From the NCBI GenBank assembly GCA_002269645.1, contig NIVC01000215.1, forward strand, positions 1 to 64,000: a DNA stretch of 64,000 nucleotides. The letters are read 5' to 3'. Below, piece by piece: positions 1 through 14,100 of this stretch; positions within the stretch are counted from its first letter, which is position 1; the number at the start of each line of letters is the position of its first letter. The translations under genes were made by a program, and so were the position numbers. Under the pieces are notes generated by a model, which did no database searches, was not told where the DNA came from, and worked only from the letters and a program-made list of their open reading frames with translations. This stretch comes from Macrostomum lignano (Eukaryota).

Positions 1-958
1 GAATGCACCCTTTTAAACAATGAACACTTCATTGATTAGACTAAAATTAACAAAATCTTTAGACAAAATATTGTGCCCCAATATTTCTGACAAAGTGTCC
101 TGGATGAAATGTCCTCAGACAAAATAACATAGATTCTGTGCGAGAACTATTTCCTAACAAATATGTTTATGTTTGTTTGCACTAAATGTTAGAACTATTT
201 TTTGTCAAACAACATAAGAAATATCTTAAGGCCTAATTTTTAGATTAATTTTATTTGTGTAGCTTAAGGTCCTTCACTAAAATATTTAAAGTGTTGCTAC
301 CAACTTATCAATATCAGTTTTTGTTTGGAAAAATACTAGTAAAACTTATTTAAATGTTTTATAAGAACTAGGCCTACAATAATGATATTGACATATTTTA
401 AGCCTAATTAAAAAAGCTATTCAATATGCTAGTAAATAAAAAGACCAATTTTTTGTCCTATATCAAATTGAGGTAAGGTAGCATGCTTTAGAAGGCAAAG
501 AAATATAAAAGAAATTCTGGATCCAAATTGAAAACAGGGTTTAGACTGCTAACACTGCTTTTACATTGCTATGCCTTTCTAAGTTACAAAAGTCTGCATA
601 TTTTTTTAGATTTTTAAAGTAAAGTATTAGAATTTTACTTCCATTTTACAAATATCAGTCTTGAAATCCAAGAATTTCAATATGATATATAATTATTAAT
701 ACCTGAAATAAAATATGAATTATAGAAAATATGGAAATTAAACTAAATGGTATCTAACTTTGAAGAAATACAAGGTGCCCATTTGGCATCCAAATTAGAG
801 TTCAGGATCAAGTTGATGTAAAGATGCATGCTATGGCAATAATTGTAGATAAAAAAATTTACATATTTACTAATCTGTAAATTTTTGCCTTTCTGATTAT
901 GTATTTATGATCTATTTAGGCAGCCACTAATTAGTTTTGGCATATCCAACTCGAGGAA

Positions 959-3900
959 ATGAGCTTCAGCAGTGATGAGGTCAACTTTCTCATCTATCGT
1001 TATCTGCAAGAGTCTGGTGAGAAAAGAATCTTATTCTCTGTTATTTATGGATTAATAAAGGCCATTTAATTACATATTCTGTCTCCAGTCCATACCAGAG
1101 GTTCCTATCACCCTCAGACTGGGTCTCCTATCCATACTAGAGGTCCCTATGGTCCTCAGGCTGGGTCTCCTATCCATGCCAGAGGTCCCTATGGTCCTCA
1201 GGCTGGGTCTCCTATCCATGCAGAGGTCCCTATGGTCCTCAGGCTGGGTCTCCTATACATGCCAGAGGTTCCTATGGTCCTCTCCTATACATGCCAGATT
1301 GCCAGAGGTCCCTAGTGTCCTCAAACTAGAATCCAAATGTCGTCAAGGACAACGCAGCCAGTCCCTTTGCCTCTGCTCTGTCCACCCAGGCTACCTGCAC
1401 TCGGCCTACATGTTCGGCATGGAGAGCCACATCTCCAGCACCAACATTAATGGGGCCATGGTGCCTCCAGCGGCCCTGCTGCAGATCATCCAGAAGGGCC
1501 TGCAGTACACCGAAGCTGAGATCAGCGTCGGCGAAGACGGCGGCGAACGGGCGGTGGAGTCTCTGTCGCTGATTGACTCGGTCATGCCAGAGGTGGTTGA
1601 GATGCGAAAGAAACAGCTGCTGGAGGCTGAAAAGAGCCGGCGTCTGAAGGTATGAGGCTCACTCTGCTGGGTGGGGACGAATACAGTCGGAGATAGTGAG
1701 ACACAGGGGATAGATTGAGAGACAGGGGTAGGGTGAGAGACACAGGGGTAGGGTGAGAGACACAGGGGTAGGGTGAGAGACACAGGGGTAGGGTGAGAGA
1801 CACAGGGGTAGGGTGAGAGACACAGGGGTAGGGTGAGAGACACAGGGGTAGGGTGAGAGACACAGGGGTAGGGTGAGAGACACAGGGGTAGGGTGAGAGA
1901 CACAGGGTAGGGTGAGAGACACAGGGGTAGGGTGAAAGACACGGGTAAGGTGAGAGACACAGGGGTAGGGTGAGAGACACAGGGGTAGGGTGAGACACAG
2001 GGGTAGGGTGAGACACAGGGGTAGGGTGAGACACAGGGGTAGGGTGAGACACAGGGGTAGGGTGAGAGACACAGGGGTAGGGTGAGAGACACAGGGGTAG
2101 GGTGAGACACAGGGGTAGGGTGAGACACAGGGGTAGGGTGAGAGACACAGGGGTAGGGTGAGAGACACAGGGTAGGGTGAGAGACACAGGAGACAGGGTG
2201 AGACAGGGGACAGTGAGACAGGGTGAGACAGGGACAGAGTGAGACAGGGGACAGTGAGACAGGGTGAGACAGGGGACAGAGTGAGACAGGAGACAGAGTG
2301 AGACAGGAGACAGAGTGAGACAGGGGACAGAGTGAGACAGGGGACAGAGTGAGACAGGGGACAGAGTGAGACAGGGGACAGAGTGAGACAGGGGACAGAG
2401 TGAGACAGAGGACAGAGTGAGACAGGGGACAGAGTGAGACAGGGGACAGAGTGAGACAGGGGACAGAGTGAGACAGGGGACAGAGTGAGACAGGGGACAA
2501 AGTGAGACAGGGGACAGAGTGATGACAAACCAGCCGCAACCCCTGTTCTCGCAGTCCGAGCCCCAGTCAGAGCAGCAGCAGCAGCCGCAAACGAATGGTG
2601 CAGCGGCCCATAGCAACAGCAACAGCGGTGGCAGCAATCATCATCACGGAGCTCACAGCGGCCACAATAGCGACAAGAACGGCGCCGAACTTGCTGGCGA
2701 CTTTCTTGACATCCCCGCTCAACGCGTCACGCTGCTTCGGGGCCACGAGTCTGAGGTGTTCATCTGCGCCTGGAATCCCCGCCAGGACCTGCTGGCGTCT
2801 GGCAGCGGCGACTCCACTGCCCGGCTGTGGGACGCCACTGATTTGGCCGCCGTGGCTGCCGGCGACTCGTCCAGGCGGATGGTGCTGCGGCACTGCATCA
2901 GCCGGGGCGCATGGACGTGCCCAGCAACAAGGACGTGACCTCGCTCGATTGGAATGTCAGTCTGGGCTTCTAATTTTTCTGTTAAATCTAGCGGCTTTGT
3001 GTCATTGGGATTTCTGCCATGGAATCCCCATCTAGTGGCTTGGGTCATGGGGATATCTCCCATGGAATCCCCATCTAGTGGCTTTGGGTCATGGGAATAT
3101 CTCCCATGGAATGCCCGTCTAGTGGCTTTGGTCATGAGGATATCTGCCATGGAATCCCCATCTAGTGGCTTGGGTTCATTGGGATTTCTGCCATGGAATC
3201 CCCATCTAGTGGCTTTGGGTCATGGGAATATCTCCCATGGAATCCCCATCTAGTGGCTTTGGGTCATGGGAATATCTCCCATGGAATCCCCATCTAGTGG
3301 CTTTGGGTCATGGGGATATCTCCCATGGAATCCCCATCTAGTGGCTTGGGGTCATGGGATATCTCCCATGGAATCCCCATCTAGTGGCTTTGGGTCATGG
3401 GAATATCTCCCATGGAATCCCCATCTAGTGGCTTGGGGTCATGGGAGTATCTCCCACGGAATCCCCATCTAGTGGCTTGGGGTCATGGGAATATCTCCCA
3501 TGGAATCCCCATCTAGTGGCTTTGGGTCATGGGGATATCTGCCATGGAATCCCCATCTAGTGGCTTTTGGTCATGGGAATATCTCCCATGGAATCCCCAT
3601 CTAGTGGCTTGGGGTCATGGGGATATCTCCCATGGAATCCCCATCTAGTGGCTTTGGGTCATGGGAATATCTCCCATGGAATCCCCATCTAGTGGCTTGG
3701 GGTTATGGGATATCTGCCATGGAATCCCCATCTAGTGGCTTGGGGTCATGGGAATATCTCCCATGGAATCCCCATCTAATGGCTTGGGATCATGGGGATA
3801 TCTGCCATGGAATCCCCATCTAGTGGCTTGGGTTCATGGGAATATCCTCCATGGAATCCCCATCTAGTGCCTGCACCTACGTAAATCGCAACACATTTCT

Positions 3901-6073
3901 CTGTTTGAAATTCGCGCCCTCCTAAACCGCAGTGCGATGGCAGTCGCCTAGCAACTGGATCGTACGACGGCTACGCCAGACTTTGGACCACTGACGGTGA
4001 GCTGCGCAGCCTTCTTACTTGGGGGGGGGGGGTTGATAGCATTTCCTGTTTGACCCTTTGTTATTAGCAGCTCTACTGCATTTGGCTGAACAGTCGCCCG
4101 CCAATCTGTTCACAGGTCAGCTGTCCCGCACTCTTGGCCAGCACAAGGGCCCGATATTTGCACTGAAGTGGAACAAGTCCGGCACTCTCATTCTGAGCGC
4201 TGGCGTTGACAAGGTGAGGCTAACCGATGATGCCATTTCTATTCTCTTTGCTCCACTGCAAACTTTGTTTTTAAGCGATAAGTTCCGTGTCAATTTTTTC
4301 AGACCACGATTATTTGGGATGCGAGCACTGGCCAGGCACAGAAGCAGTTCGCTTTTCACTCTGGTAATGAGATGTCTGATGAGTGTAGTAGGGGTGCTGG
4401 TGAGGTGCGAGACTTCGGAGAGAGGAATGCAAGAGTAAGGTGTGGGATTTCGTAGGAGTTGAGACTCAGGTGTGAAAAGTCAGAAGAGATGAGACTCAGG
4501 TGTAAGAATTCAGAGGAAATGAGACTCAGGTGTAAGAATTCAGAGGAAATGAGACTCAGGTGTAATAATTCAGAGGAAATGCAAGACTCAGGGTTGAGAA
4601 GTCAGTGAATGCAAGGGTACAGATGTGAAATTAATTACGCCGGTCGCCACTTCCAACAGCCCCGGCGCTTGACGTGGACTGGCAGAGCGACACAACCTTC
4701 GCCAGCTGCTCCACCGACCAGACCATCCAGGTGTGCCGCCTCGGTGAGGACCGGCCGATCAAGACCTTTCACGGCCACACCAACGAGGTCAATGCTATCA
4801 AGTGGGACCCGTTGGCCGCCTGCTGGCCTCCTGCTCAGACGACATGACCCTGAAACTGTGGTCCATGGACGGCAGGGCCAACCAGCCGGTGCACGACTTC
4901 AAGGCCCACCAGAAAGAGATTTATACAATCAAGTGGAGTCCAACAGGATACAGCACCTCGAATCCTAATGCTAATCTCTATCTGGCTAGGTATGTAGAAC
5001 CGCGGTTTAGCTTGCCAGTGACGAAAATAGCCGCTTCTTTCTCTGCTCGCTACTATTCAAGAATGCACAGTAGTGCAATTATCGCATCCACACGATTATT
5101 CCAGCGCCAGTTTCGACTCCACAGTCCGACTGTGGGACATCGAGGCCGGTCGCTGCTGCTACGTGTTCAGCAACCACCGGAGCCGGTGTACAGCGTGGCA
5201 TTCTCGCCCTGCGGCCGCTACCTGGCTTCCGGCAGTTTCGACAAATGCGTGCACATCTGGAGCGTCAGGGTTCGTGCTTTATTGAGACGAGTTTAGGGGT
5301 CCCTGATTCCCAGTATTGATCGCTTCCAGTCCAGGAGAGGTCCGAGGTCCCTGATTCCCAGTATTGGTCGCTTCCAGTCCAGGAGAGTTCCGAGGTCCCT
5401 GATTCCCAGTATTGATCGCTTCCAGTCCAGGAGAGGTCCGAGGTCCCTGATTCCCAGTATTGATCGCTTCCAGTCCAGGAGAGGTCCGAGGTCCCTGATT
5501 CCCAGTATTGATCGCTTCCAGTCCAGGAGAGGTCCGAGGTCCCTGATTCCCAGTATTGGTCGCTTCCAGTCCAGGAGAGTTCCGAGGTCCCTGATTCCCA
5601 GTATTGATCGCTTCCAGTCCAGGAGAGGTCCGAGGTCCCTGATTCCCAGTATTGGTCGCTTCCAGTCCAGGAGAGTTCCGAGGTCCCTGATTCCCAGTAT
5701 TGGTCGCTTCCAGTCCAGGAGAGGTCCGAGGTCCCTGATTCCCAGTATTGGTCGCTTCCAGTCCAGCTGAGCTCCAAGCTCCCTGATAAAACCATATAAA
5801 ACAAAAGCGGCATTTTCTCCGCAGACGGGCTCCCTAGTACACCGTTATCAGGGCACCGGCGGCATCTTTGAAGTCTGCTGGAATCACCGCGGCGACCGGG
5901 TGGGCGCCAGCGCTGCCGACGGGACGGTGAGGCTTTGGGTTTGAGATGCTTTTTACTGAGCTGAGACCGTCAAACTAAGTAGTAGGACTGTGGCTGAGAC
6001 CGATCCATATTTCATCCCGCCTTCCTTTTACCTGTTTCAGGTTGTCATTCTGGACTTGCGCAAGATGCAATAA
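959..6073 (+). CDS. TBL1XR1: TBL1/TBL1XR1 (ebi) LisH + WD40 nuclear co-repressor subunit; 10 exons: 959-1016, 1390-1649, 2555-2955, 3933-3996, 4116-4213, 4303-4363, 4660-4989, 5105-5269, 5825-5926, 6041-6073; three apparent -1 frameshifts (~2909, ~4811, ~5180)
   Basis: Translation begins [20 protein letters not shown]|YLHSAYMFG (LisH). It then contains [104 protein letters not shown] and GGIFEVCWN, and ends [10 protein letters not shown]. All introns are GT-AG with compatible phases; about 524 aa once three bases are restored. Confidence 0.95.
1085..1320. repeat. 42-bp minisatellite, TBL1 intron 1
   Basis: Unit CCATGCCAGAGGTCCCTATGGTCCTCAGGCTGGGTCTCCTAT, about 5 copies. Confidence 0.9.
1695..2520. 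repeat. Compound 20-bp then 17-bp minisatellite, TBL1 intron 2
   Basis: GAGAGACACAGGGGTAGGGT, then GAGACAGGGGACAGAGT. Confidence 0.95.
3000..3870. repeat. 44-bp minisatellite, TBL1 intron 3
   Basis: ATGGGAATATCTCCCATGGAATCCCCATCTAGTGGCTTTGGGTC, about 20 copies. Confidence 0.95.
4400..4605. repeat. 30-bp minisatellite, TBL1 intron 6
   Basis: GAGACTCAGGTGTAAGAATTCAGAGGAAAT and degenerate copies. Confidence 0.85.
5297..5770. repeat. 48-bp minisatellite, TBL1 intron 8
   Basis: GAGGTCCCTGATTCCCAGTATTGATCGCTTCCAGTCCAGGAGAGGTCC, about 10 near-perfect copies. Confidence 0.95.
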
Positions 6074-7992
6074 ATTAATTCAATGACAGTAATAATATTA
6101 ATAATCTGACTTGGTGTAATTCATTTTTGCAATTAAAATTTTATCGGTATATTTTGTCCGGCACTAATCTGCCCCACCAAATCCAATCAGATTAAATTGT
6201 ACAGGTGCCCGTAGGCACTCCTGTTGCACTATCTCCGTGTTTTATTGCCTATTTGTTGCTCTCATTGCTAACTTTGCTGTCGCTGTTGTTCTTTCACTTT
6301 CCAATCGATCTTGGTGGCATTGTGAAATCAAAACGTGCATTAATTATTTAATAATTGTATTCTATTTATGTACTCGTAATTGTGCATCTCTATCTACCTG
6401 AAACGTGAACGCCAATTGAAAGCGCAGATCATATAACTTATTTCTCTCCTGGGTTCGCTATCTCTATCCCCCAGCTTATTATCCCCAAGGGGCAAAGCTA
6501 GCTGCTAATGTGCATTGCTGCGCCTAACTAAAGGTTCATTGGATGAAAATTTCTCTTTACACTACGTTCGTTATTTCGTTCGCAACCTGTGCGCCCGCCG
6601 GTTGTAATTCCAATTTTATTATCCGATGTACATAGGCTTTCGCAAGCGCTTACTGAATGTACATGAACTGTTATCTTTGTACCTCACGCCGGCCAGCAAC
6701 CCCCCACCCCATTATGTACATTGGCGTCTGAGGCGCTAACTAAATGTACATTGATTTAGCTTCCCTTCCCCCCGGTTGGTTCGTTATCTCATTCACACCC
6801 TGTGACCCCCCGCGGTCCCCCTTATTACACAACTGTACATTGGCTGTTGCGGCTTTAACTAAATGTTCATTTCTTCGGCTGTTAATAAAAAGCTTAGTAT
6901 AGTGGATATATACTAGGCAATAGCAATAAATGCCGGTATGCTGGGAGAAACAGCGACTCTACAAAAAAATCCTGTTATTTATCTACGGTTGAAATTGAAA
7001 ACGAAACGTCGAAGCCGTTGCAAGCCGGTTGTGTTTTTAAGAGCTACGCCATTTTTAACTGCATACTTGACGTTGGTGCCAAAAGCTGTGCACGATTAGA
7101 CTATTGCTACTAATGATATTCGCTGCTTTTGCCCGCTAATTTTCCGCACCACTTTGTCTAGCTGTGGTTGCATAGTAACGGGTTTACCCAGTTGCCTTGC
7201 GGCTTTCTACAATATGTTATTTATTTTTGTCTTTTATGATTCCTTGCGCACTCGATTGGTTGATTATTATTTTGCGCATTACATAGCTAACTGACCCGAT
7301 GCAATTTTGCTTTCATATCTAACACTTCGTTTTTACTGCAAGATCATCGCGGCGAATACGCCAGCAATTAAACTCCTGTGAGTAGTTAAAGGCACATTTT
7401 AAACTCTTTTATAGGCGCAATGAACTCGCATCATTATTGTCAAATATATATATATATATATGTAAAAGTTCATTCATAACATTAATTGTGCGCATTATTG
7501 CAGTTTTAACCGCGGCGATTTCATTTGGAAGATTGAAATACAGAACACATTTTGCCTGTCCGTCTTATTCTATGGCTTTCGCACAAGTTATAAAGAAACG
7601 CACAATTTACACTCGTAAATTAAAGGCCAGAGCTGCATGCGATTGATTATATATTTAATTTAGCATAGACTGACTGTTAACAAAAATTACAGTAGAACAG
7701 TTACCGGGAATCAACAATAACATTAATTATTAGAAAAGTTTTGAAAATACGGCATCATATGAATAAGAATTTCAAGCCCGTTGTTAAATTTCAACATTTG
7801 ATGCAATAATTATCGGATAAGAGTAGTACAGTAGGACTATAAAGCATTGAGTTATTTAAAATTAGATGAGTAATAGCTAATAAAGCTTGTCAAGCACAAC
7901 AACTGTAGACATTGGATACGGAAAATTGACACGCAATAAGCAAACAGCATGCACGATTTGCAGTAAGATTGCAGCTTGGGGACAGTTTTCCC

Positions 7993-8205
7993 CAGCAGTA
8001 GAGTCCCAGGATTATTGGGATTATTTGTTGTTGAGTGGCACCTTAGCACTGGGCTCGTTTAAGTAGTTTGGGATCCTATAATTGGGATTTTAGCGTTAAA
8101 ACTAGCAGTAGAGTCCCAGGATTATTGGGATTTTTTGTTGCCGAGTGGCACCTTAGCACTGGGCTCGTTTAGGTAGTTTGGGATCCCATGATTGGGATTT
8201 TAGCA
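7993..8205. repeat. ~110-bp tandem duplication downstream of the ACTL6 stop
   Basis: AGCAGTAGAGTCCCAGGATTATTGGGA...GGGATTTTAGC occurs at ~7993 and ~8104. Confidence 0.85.
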
Positions 8206-8301
8206 TTGAGATTTCAGCTTCGCGATTCTGGTAGGAAAATGATCCCATGTAATGAAATGTACTTTAGCAAAGGAAATAAAAGTTCGTCAACAGACTAATC
8301 G

Positions 8302-10242
8302 TCAAGGACATTTCTTCTCAATGAAGGACTTGCCGGACTCCTCGTACTCCTGCTTGGAGAACCACATCTGCTGGAAGGTGCCAAGCGAGCCCAGTATGGA
8401 GCCGCCAATCCAGCTGGCGAAGCGGCGCTCGCCCGAACTGGTGGAAGCCAGCAGCTTCAGCCGGAGGGTTGCCGCGGCCCTGGCCGTCAGGTCGCGCTGA
8501 AGCCGGTCCGTGAAGCCCTTCAACAGACTGGTGCCGCCGACCACCACGATGCTGGAGTAAAGCGACTGTCGGATTTCAACGTCGCAGCGTTCGACGCTGG
8601 TGCGCAGGCAGTGCGGCACGCTGAGCATGGAGCTGCCCGGAGATTCGGGAAGGAAATTCGCAGGATCGAAAAGGGCTTCCGTCAGGCGGAATCTCTGATA
8701 GCCGAAGTCCATGTTGTAGCCGTGCGGGAACTCGTATGGCACAGTGGGCATGGTCTCGGCTGTGGCCTGCGGGCGGGTGGGGATGCGAGACTGCTGACCG
8801 GCTATGGGATCCCACCTGCGATTTAATTTAGCGATTGGGATCTCACACCTGAGATTTGATATAACGATTGGGATCTCACACCTGAGATTTGATATAGCTA
8901 TTGGGATCTCACACCTGAGATTTGATATAGCTATTGGGATCTCACACGTGATTTGATGTAGCTATTGGGTCTCACAACTGAGATTTGATATAGTTATTGG
9001 GATCTCACACCTGAGATTTGATATGGCTATTAGGATCTCACACGTGATTTGATGTAGCTATTGGGTCTCACAACTGAGATTTGATATGGCTATTGGGATC
9101 TCACACCGGAGATTTCATATGGCTATTAGGATCTCACACCTGAGATTTCACATGGCTATTGGGTCTCACAACTGAGATTTGATATGGCTATTGGGATCTC
9201 ACACCTAAGATTTGATATGGCTATTGGGATCTCACACCTGAGATTTGATATGGCTATTGGAATCTCACACCGGAGATTTGATATGGCTATTGGGATCTCA
9301 CACCTGAGATTTGATATGGCTATTGGAATCTCACACCATAGACACAGATAGGAAAAAGGGATTAGCAATACTTCGGTTAATACGCACCTGATCGTAGGGC
9401 TCGTCAATGCATTGCAGCACAGTGGAGGCCACATCCTGAAGCAGATTCTTAACCATCAGATTATGATAAGACTGCGTAATGCCCTGAGGCAGTTTCTTCG
9501 CCTCCCAGACCGGCAAGCCGCCTTCTTCAACTCGAGTTTTCGAAGCAACGCGATACACGGGCACGGGCTCCAGCTTGTGCTGCTGGCGCAGGTAGTTGTC
9601 CAGCTGGCGGACCAGGAAATCGCCGCCTAGGGGACTGCGCATGATGCCGTGCGAGACAACGTATCCATCAAAGACTGGCACGGCGTGCGTGCCGGAGGCG
9701 CCGCAGTCGAGCACCAGGCCGGTGGCTTTGCCATTAGCAAAACAGGCCAGCACGGCCTGCTTGCAGATGAAGAACGCCGGCACGCGGTACTTTTCAAATG
9801 CCAATTCGCACAGCTTCTCCCGTTTAGCCTTCGTATTCCAATTGGCCTCGGAGGCGATCAACGGATGCTCCTCCGAGGCGCACTGCAGCTCGTGCTTGTA
9901 CAGATAGTCCATTGTGCTCTCAAACAGGTCCCAATCCTCGATCATGCCGTCCTTGCACAGAGCCTGGATCTCCATGCCCGGCCTGGGCACGCTGATCTGA
10001 TTGGTGCCGTGGTACAGCCGCGGCGGCTGCTGCTGTTTAGCAGCGCCTGAGTCGGCACCGTCAACCGGCTGAGCAGATTCAACAGCCGCAGCCGAAATAG
10101 CTGGACAACTGCCAACATAGGCTGGCAGATCAGTTTTAGGCATGTCTTCGCCGGCGAATCCGGCTCGAATTGTGTGCGAGCCGACGTCTAGAACGATGGC
10201 GCCGACTTCGTCGCCGCCGTACATGTTACCGCCGGAGGTCAT
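8302..10242 (-). CDS. ACTL6A: Actin-like protein 6 (BAF53/Arp4); 2 exons: 10242-9388 and 8766-8302; 439 aa
   Basis: N-terminus MTSGGNMYGGDEVGAIVLDVGSHTIRAGFAGEDMPK and C-terminus ERRFASWIGGSILGSLGTFQQMWFSKQEYEESGKSFIEKKCP* are typical of ACTL6. The phase-0 junction EPYDQ|ATAETMPTVPYEFP (donor cag|gtgcgt, acceptor ccgcag|gcc) joins the two ORFs without a frameshift. Confidence 0.95.
8830..9335. repeat. 33-bp minisatellite, ACTL6 intron
   Basis: TTTGATATGGCTATTGGGATCTCACACCTGAGA, about 15 copies. Confidence 0.95.
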
Positions 10243-11189
10243 GCTAGGCTTATTAGCTGGAGCGATTGTTTTCAGTTTAGTGATTTTCCATAAAACTGAC
10301 AGTTCGTTCCTATCAATACTACTCAAACTAGGGTTCAGTAGTGTAGTAAAAACATGCGTTTTATATTGTTACAAGGAAATTTAAAAATCATTCATGCAAA
10401 GCAGGGGTCTGAACTTTGGCCCACAAAGCCTCTCTATCCGACCCTCTGCTCCAGCGAAACTTCTCAATAGCAATCCGGCCACCTTGGAGTTTGTCTTTTC
10501 TCTCCCCGTCTCTCCTTATTCTCCTCTCTCCTTTCCTCTTTCACCTGGCCCGCAGCCATCAGCTAGATTCTCTATCTACTAATCTACCCCCCCCCCCCCC
10601 GAGGTAAAGCTTTGAAAATTCAATTGGCTTGACAACTACTACGTCTGACCCTATCATTCACAAAAATCCGGTTAAAAAAATTATTTATCAAAGTTTTTTC
10701 ACTTGAAAAGCGTGCTATGAAAGTCAATTTACGCATTTTTTTATTAATTAATCAATCAAGTTAAAGGCCAACTGACACGCAAAATAGTAAAATTTAACAC
10801 TGCACTGGCTGAAGCGATTATAACAAATACATATTTTATCAGGTTTCTATAACTGGAACACAAAGACCAGACAACACAGAGCCACACACTCCGCGGAAAG
10901 CCCTAAGGCGTAGAAGCGGCGATTCATTTTTAAACAATATTTGCTGTACATAAACTCTATTTGTAGCCAACAGAATGATTAGCGGTGATAATAAGATGAT
11001 AATTTTACCAGTCAAGTTGGTTATACTAAGGCAATAGAGTTGAGAATCCCTTCATTCTTTATTTGACTATATTATAATTATTTATAATCATATAAGAGTT
11101 GCGAAAACTGCAAACTGCAGAATGATTAGAAGAGCTACTTTTGCATTCGATGGCTGAGACAAGCTTAAGTTCTGCTGAGTCTTTACTTG

Positions 11190-14100
11190 GCATAGCGATA
11201 GTCTATGGTCAGCCATGGCAGAGCGATAGTCTATGGTCAGCCATGGCATAGCGATAGTCTATGGTCAGCCATGGCATAGCGATAGTCTATGGTCAGCTAT
11301 GGCATAGCGATAGTCTATGGTCAGCCATGGCATAGCGATAGTCTATGGTCAGCTATGGCATAGCGATAGTCTATGGTCAGCTATGGCATAGCGATAGTCT
11401 ATGGTCAGCCATGGCATAGCGATAGTCTATGGTCAGCCATGGCATAGCGATAGTCTATGGTCAGCACAAAGGCATAGCGATAGTCTATGGTCAGCACAAA
11501 GGCATAGCGATAGTCTATGGTCAGCCATGGCATAGCGATAGTCTATGGTCAGCCATGGCATAGCGATAGTCTATGGTCAGCACAAAGGCATAGCGATAGT
11601 CTATGGTCAGCACAAAGGCATAGCGATATTCTATGGTCAGCCATGGCATAGCGATATTCTATGGTCAGCCATGGCATAGCGATAGTCTATGGTCAGCACA
11701 AAGGCATAGCGATAGTCTATGGTCAGCCATGGCATAGCGATAGTCTATGGTCAGCACAAAGGCATAGCGATAGTCTATGGTCAGCACAAAGGCATAGCGA
11801 TAGTCTATGGTCAGCACAAAGGCATAGCGATAGTCTATGGTCAGCTATGGCATAGCGATAGTCTATGGTCAGCCATGGCATAGCGATATTCTATGGTCAG
11901 CCATGGCATAGCGATATTCTATGGTCAGCTATGGCATAGCGATAGTCTATGGTCAGCACAAAGGCATAGCGATAGTCTATGGTCAGCTATGGCATAGCGA
12001 TAGTCTATGGTCAGCCATGGCATAGCGATAGTCTATGGTCAGCTATGGCATAGCGATAGTCTATGGTCAGCACAAAGGCATAGCGATAGTCTATGGTCAG
12101 CTATGGCATAGCGATAGTCTATGGTCAGCCATGGCATAGCGATATTCTATGGTCAGCTATGGCATAGCGATAGTCTATGGTCAGCACAAAGGCATAGCGA
12201 TAGTCTATGGTCAGCTATGGCATAGCGATAGTCTATGGTCAGCCATGGCATAGCGATAGTCTATGGTCAGCCATGGCATAGCGATAGTCTATGGTCAGCT
12301 ATGGCATAGCGATAGTCTATGGTCAGCCATGGCATAGCGATAGTCTATGGTCAGCTATGGCATAGCGATAGTCTATGGTCAGCCATGGCATAGCGATAGT
12401 CTATGGTCAGCCATGGCATAGCGATAGTCTATGGTCAGCACAAAGGCATAGCGATAGTCTATGGTCAGCTATGGCATAGCGATAGTCTATGGTCAGCCAT
12501 GGCATAGCGATAGTCTATGGTCAGCACAAAGGCATAGCGATAGTCTATGGTCAGCACAAAGGCATAGCGATATTCTATGGTCAGCCATGGCATAGCGATA
12601 GTCTATGGTCAGCCATGGCATAGCGATAGTCTATGGTCAGCACAAAGGCATAGCGATATTCTATGGTCAGCCATGGCATAGCGATAGTCTATGGTCAGCC
12701 ATGGCATAGCGATAGTCTATGGTCAGCACAAAGGCATAGCGATATTCTATGGTCAGCCATGGCATAGCGATATTCTATGGTCAGCCATGGCATAGCGATA
12801 GTCTATGGTCAGCACAAAGGCATAGCGATAGTCTATGGTCAGCCATGGCATAGCGATAGTCTATGGTCAGCACAAAGGCATAGCGATAGTCTATGGTCAG
12901 CACAAAGGCATAGCGATAGTCTATGGTCAGCTATGGCATAGCGATATTCTATGGTCAGCACAAAGGCATAGCGATATTCTATGGTCAGCCATGGCATAGC
13001 GATATTCTATGGTCAGCACAAAGGCATAGCGATAGTCTATGGTCAGCCATGGCATAGCGATATTCTATGGTCAGCCATGGCATAGCGATATTCTATGGTC
13101 AGCACAAAGGCATAGCGATAGTCTATGGTCAGCTATGGCATAGCGATAGTCTATGGTCAGCCATGGCAAAGCGATATTCTATGGTCAGCCATGGCATAGC
13201 GATATTCTATGGTCAGCCATGGCATAGCGATAGTCTATGGTCAGCACAAAGGCATAGCGATATTCTATGGTCAGCCATGGCATAGCGATAGTCTATGGTC
13301 AGCACAAAGGCATAGCGATAGTCTATGGTCAGCTATGGCATAGCGATAGTCTATGGTCAGCCATGGCATAGCGATATTCTATGGTCAGCCATGGCATAGC
13401 GATATTCTATGGTCAGCTATGGCATAGCGATAGTCTATGGTCAGCACAAAGGCATAGCGATAGTCTATGGTCAGCTATGGCATAGCGATAGTCTATGGTC
13501 AGCCATGGCATAGCGATAGTCTATGGTCAGCCATGGCATAGCGATAGTCTATGGTCAGCACAAAGGCATAGCGATAGTCTATGGTCAGCACAAAGGCATA
13601 GCGATAGTCTATGGTCAGCCATGGCATAGCGATAGTCTATGGTCAGCTATGGCATAGCGATAGTCTATGGTCAGCCATGGCATAGCGATAGTCTATGGTC
13701 AGCCATGGCATAGCGATAGTCTATGGTCAGCACAAAGGCATAGCGATATTCTATGGTCAGCCATGGCATAGCGATATTCTATGGTCAGCCATGGCATAGC
13801 GATAGTCTATGGTCAGCACAAAGGCATAGCGATAGTCTATGGTCAGCCATGGCATAGCGATAGTCTATGGTCAGCACAAAGGCATAGCGATAGTCTATGG
13901 TCAGCACAAAGGCATAGCGATAGTCTATGGTCAGCTATGGCATAGCGATATTCTATGGTCAGCACAAAGGCATAGCGATATTCTATGGTCAGCCATGGCA
14001 TAGCGATATTCTATGGTCAGCACAAAGGCATAGCGATAGTCTATGGTCAGCCATGGCATAGCGATATTCTATGGTCAGCCATGGCATAGCGATATTCTAT

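Noticed and set aside
1406-2637. Long minus-strand ORFs (289-377 aa)
   Set aside because: They are translations of the stop-free strand of the TBL1 intron 2 minisatellite.
8767-8817. Alternative ACTL6 acceptor at ~8816 (cgcag|gtggga) implying a frameshift
   Set aside because: The acceptor at 8767 gives an in-frame, homologous junction, so no frameshift is needed.
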